Shown here in pieces: positions 62,900-64,000 of a stretch of 64,000 bases of DNA. Numbering within the stretch: position 1 is the stretch's first letter; every line of letters begins with the position of its first letter. Both the position numbers and the translations under genes were made by a program. This stretch comes from a virus, in IMG/VR virus record IMGVR_UViG_3300018080_000001, positions 106,100-170,099 of that record; one strand, given 5' to 3'. The notes under the pieces were generated by a model, which worked only from the letters and a program-made list of their open reading frames with translations, had not been told where the DNA came from and did not search any database.

Positions 62900-63022
62900 T
62901 TTATACTCCTAATATACGCAGTCTAATTTATAACACTTCAATAAACGAAGTATTTTATACTCTGTATACTCTCAGTCTAATTTACTGTATTGATTTTATA
63001 TAAAAGAAAGGACTAAAACTTA

Positions 63023-63583
63023 TTAGGTACCAGTTGGGAAAATCTCTCCGGTGATATGCGCGTCCATAAGATGTCCGGCACCAGCTGTAGTATCTGCCGT
63101 AGTGCATTTTACATACAAAGTAGAATCTGCACCAATCGGGTCTAGAAGACCCGTGACAGATACACCGAAAGTATCATTTAAGTCTTTCATGTTGGTTACG
63201 GTGGTAGCCGTGAGAATCTGTGTACCACCGGCTGAAGTTCCTACTGTAATTTGTGCATCGCCTGTAGCACCGGCACCGCCCACAGCCTCAAGGTGAAACT
63301 CAATATACGTGGGTTTAAACTGATTGCCAGAGCTACCGCCAATGGCCGTGGACTGCTCGTCATTCAGAGTGTCAATAGCCACGGCGGACACCAAAACAAT
63401 CTCCTCCTTGGCCAACTCTGCGGTAGCAGACGCCACATCTGCATGGTCTGAACCACTACCTGTTCTGTGTGTATCCCCCAGTACTACATTGGCGTGGTCT
63501 GTACCATCGCTAGACCTGTGTGTGGTAAGCGCTACGGCCTCCGTACTGTCCACTACTTTTGTTGGACTAAACCTGATTGCCAT
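63023..63583 (-). CDS. Virion decoration-like beta-sandwich protein
   Basis: ITVGTSAGGTQIL motif; higher GC; GGAG RBS. Confidence 0.6.
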   Translation of the reverse strand: MAIRFSPTKVVDSTEAVALTTHRSSDGTDHANVVLGDTHRTGSGSDHADVASATAELAKEEIVLVSAVAIDTLNDEQSTAIGGSSGNQFKPTYIEFHLEAVGGAGATGDAQITVGTSAGGTQILTATTVTNMKDLNDTFGVSVTGLLDPIGADSTLYVKCTTADTTAGAGHLMDAHITGEIFPTGT

Positions 63584-63632
63584 TCTGTTCTCTCCTTGTT
63601 AAACCCTCTCCCCAGAGGTTTTTGTTCTTTTA

Positions 63633-64000
63633 CTAGGTACCTGACACCACAATCTCACCGACGATATAAAAATCGGCAAGATGTCCGGCACCCGCTGTGG
63701 TATCTGCCGTGGTGCATTTTACATACAAAGTGGAATCCGCTGTAATTTGATCAGTCAAACCGGAAATAACAATCTCAAAGTGATCATTGAGATCCTTAAA
63801 CCCTGTAAGAGGTGTAGCCGGAAGAATCTGTGTACCACCGGCAGATGTTCCTACTGTAATCTGCGCATCACCCGTTGCAGCAACTCCACCCACGGCTTCC
63901 AGATGTCCAACGATCTTGGACGGCACGTACTCATTTGCAGCACTTCCACCAATAGCTGTAGATTGCTCGTCATTCAGGGTATCGATAGCAACGGCAGCGA
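63633..64000 (-). CDS. Tandem paralog of 63023..63583 (N-terminus beyond window)
   Basis: Near-identical GDAQITVGTSAGGTQIL...STLYVKCTTADTTAGAGHL; upstream reads AVAIDTLNDEQSTAIGG in frame. Confidence 0.75.
   Translation of the reverse strand, partial: AAVAIDTLNDEQSTAIGGSAANEYVPSKIVGHLEAVGGVAATGDAQITVGTSAGGTQILPATPLTGFKDLNDHFEIVISGLTDQITADSTLYVKCTTADTTAGAGHLADFYIVGEIVVSGT

Noticed and set aside
1-64000. Alternative genetic code (stop-codon reassignment)
   Set aside because: Long genes are intact under code 11 and all three stops are used at gene ends; the isolated internal stop is TAA

Overview
AT-rich, gene-dense segment of a large tailed dsDNA (jumbo-type) bacteriophage. It uses the standard genetic code and is transcribed almost entirely on the minus strand. 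1-14.7 kb: virion module (fibre/decoration-like proteins, KTSC protein, HxGH nucleotidyltransferase, terminase large subunit), interrupted by a small opposite-strand two-gene cassette. About 17.6-18 kb: hairpin-rich non-coding island. 18.7-21 kb: an apparent phage-encoded ComX/ComQ/sensor-kinase peptide-signalling cassette whose propeptide has Tyr where ComX has Trp. 24-33.4 kb: five paralogous beta-helix fibre/spike genes with duplication scars. 33.5-63 kb: early/accessory region with sigma70-type promoters, tRNA-Leu and three to four unusual structured RNAs. This region also holds about 40 'MKxLGK' microprotein genes, many built from a 12-bp (Ser-Val-x-x) repeat, interleaved with two DUF6745-like genes that lack that repeat internally. 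All family assignments come from motifs recognised by eye; no database searches were run.
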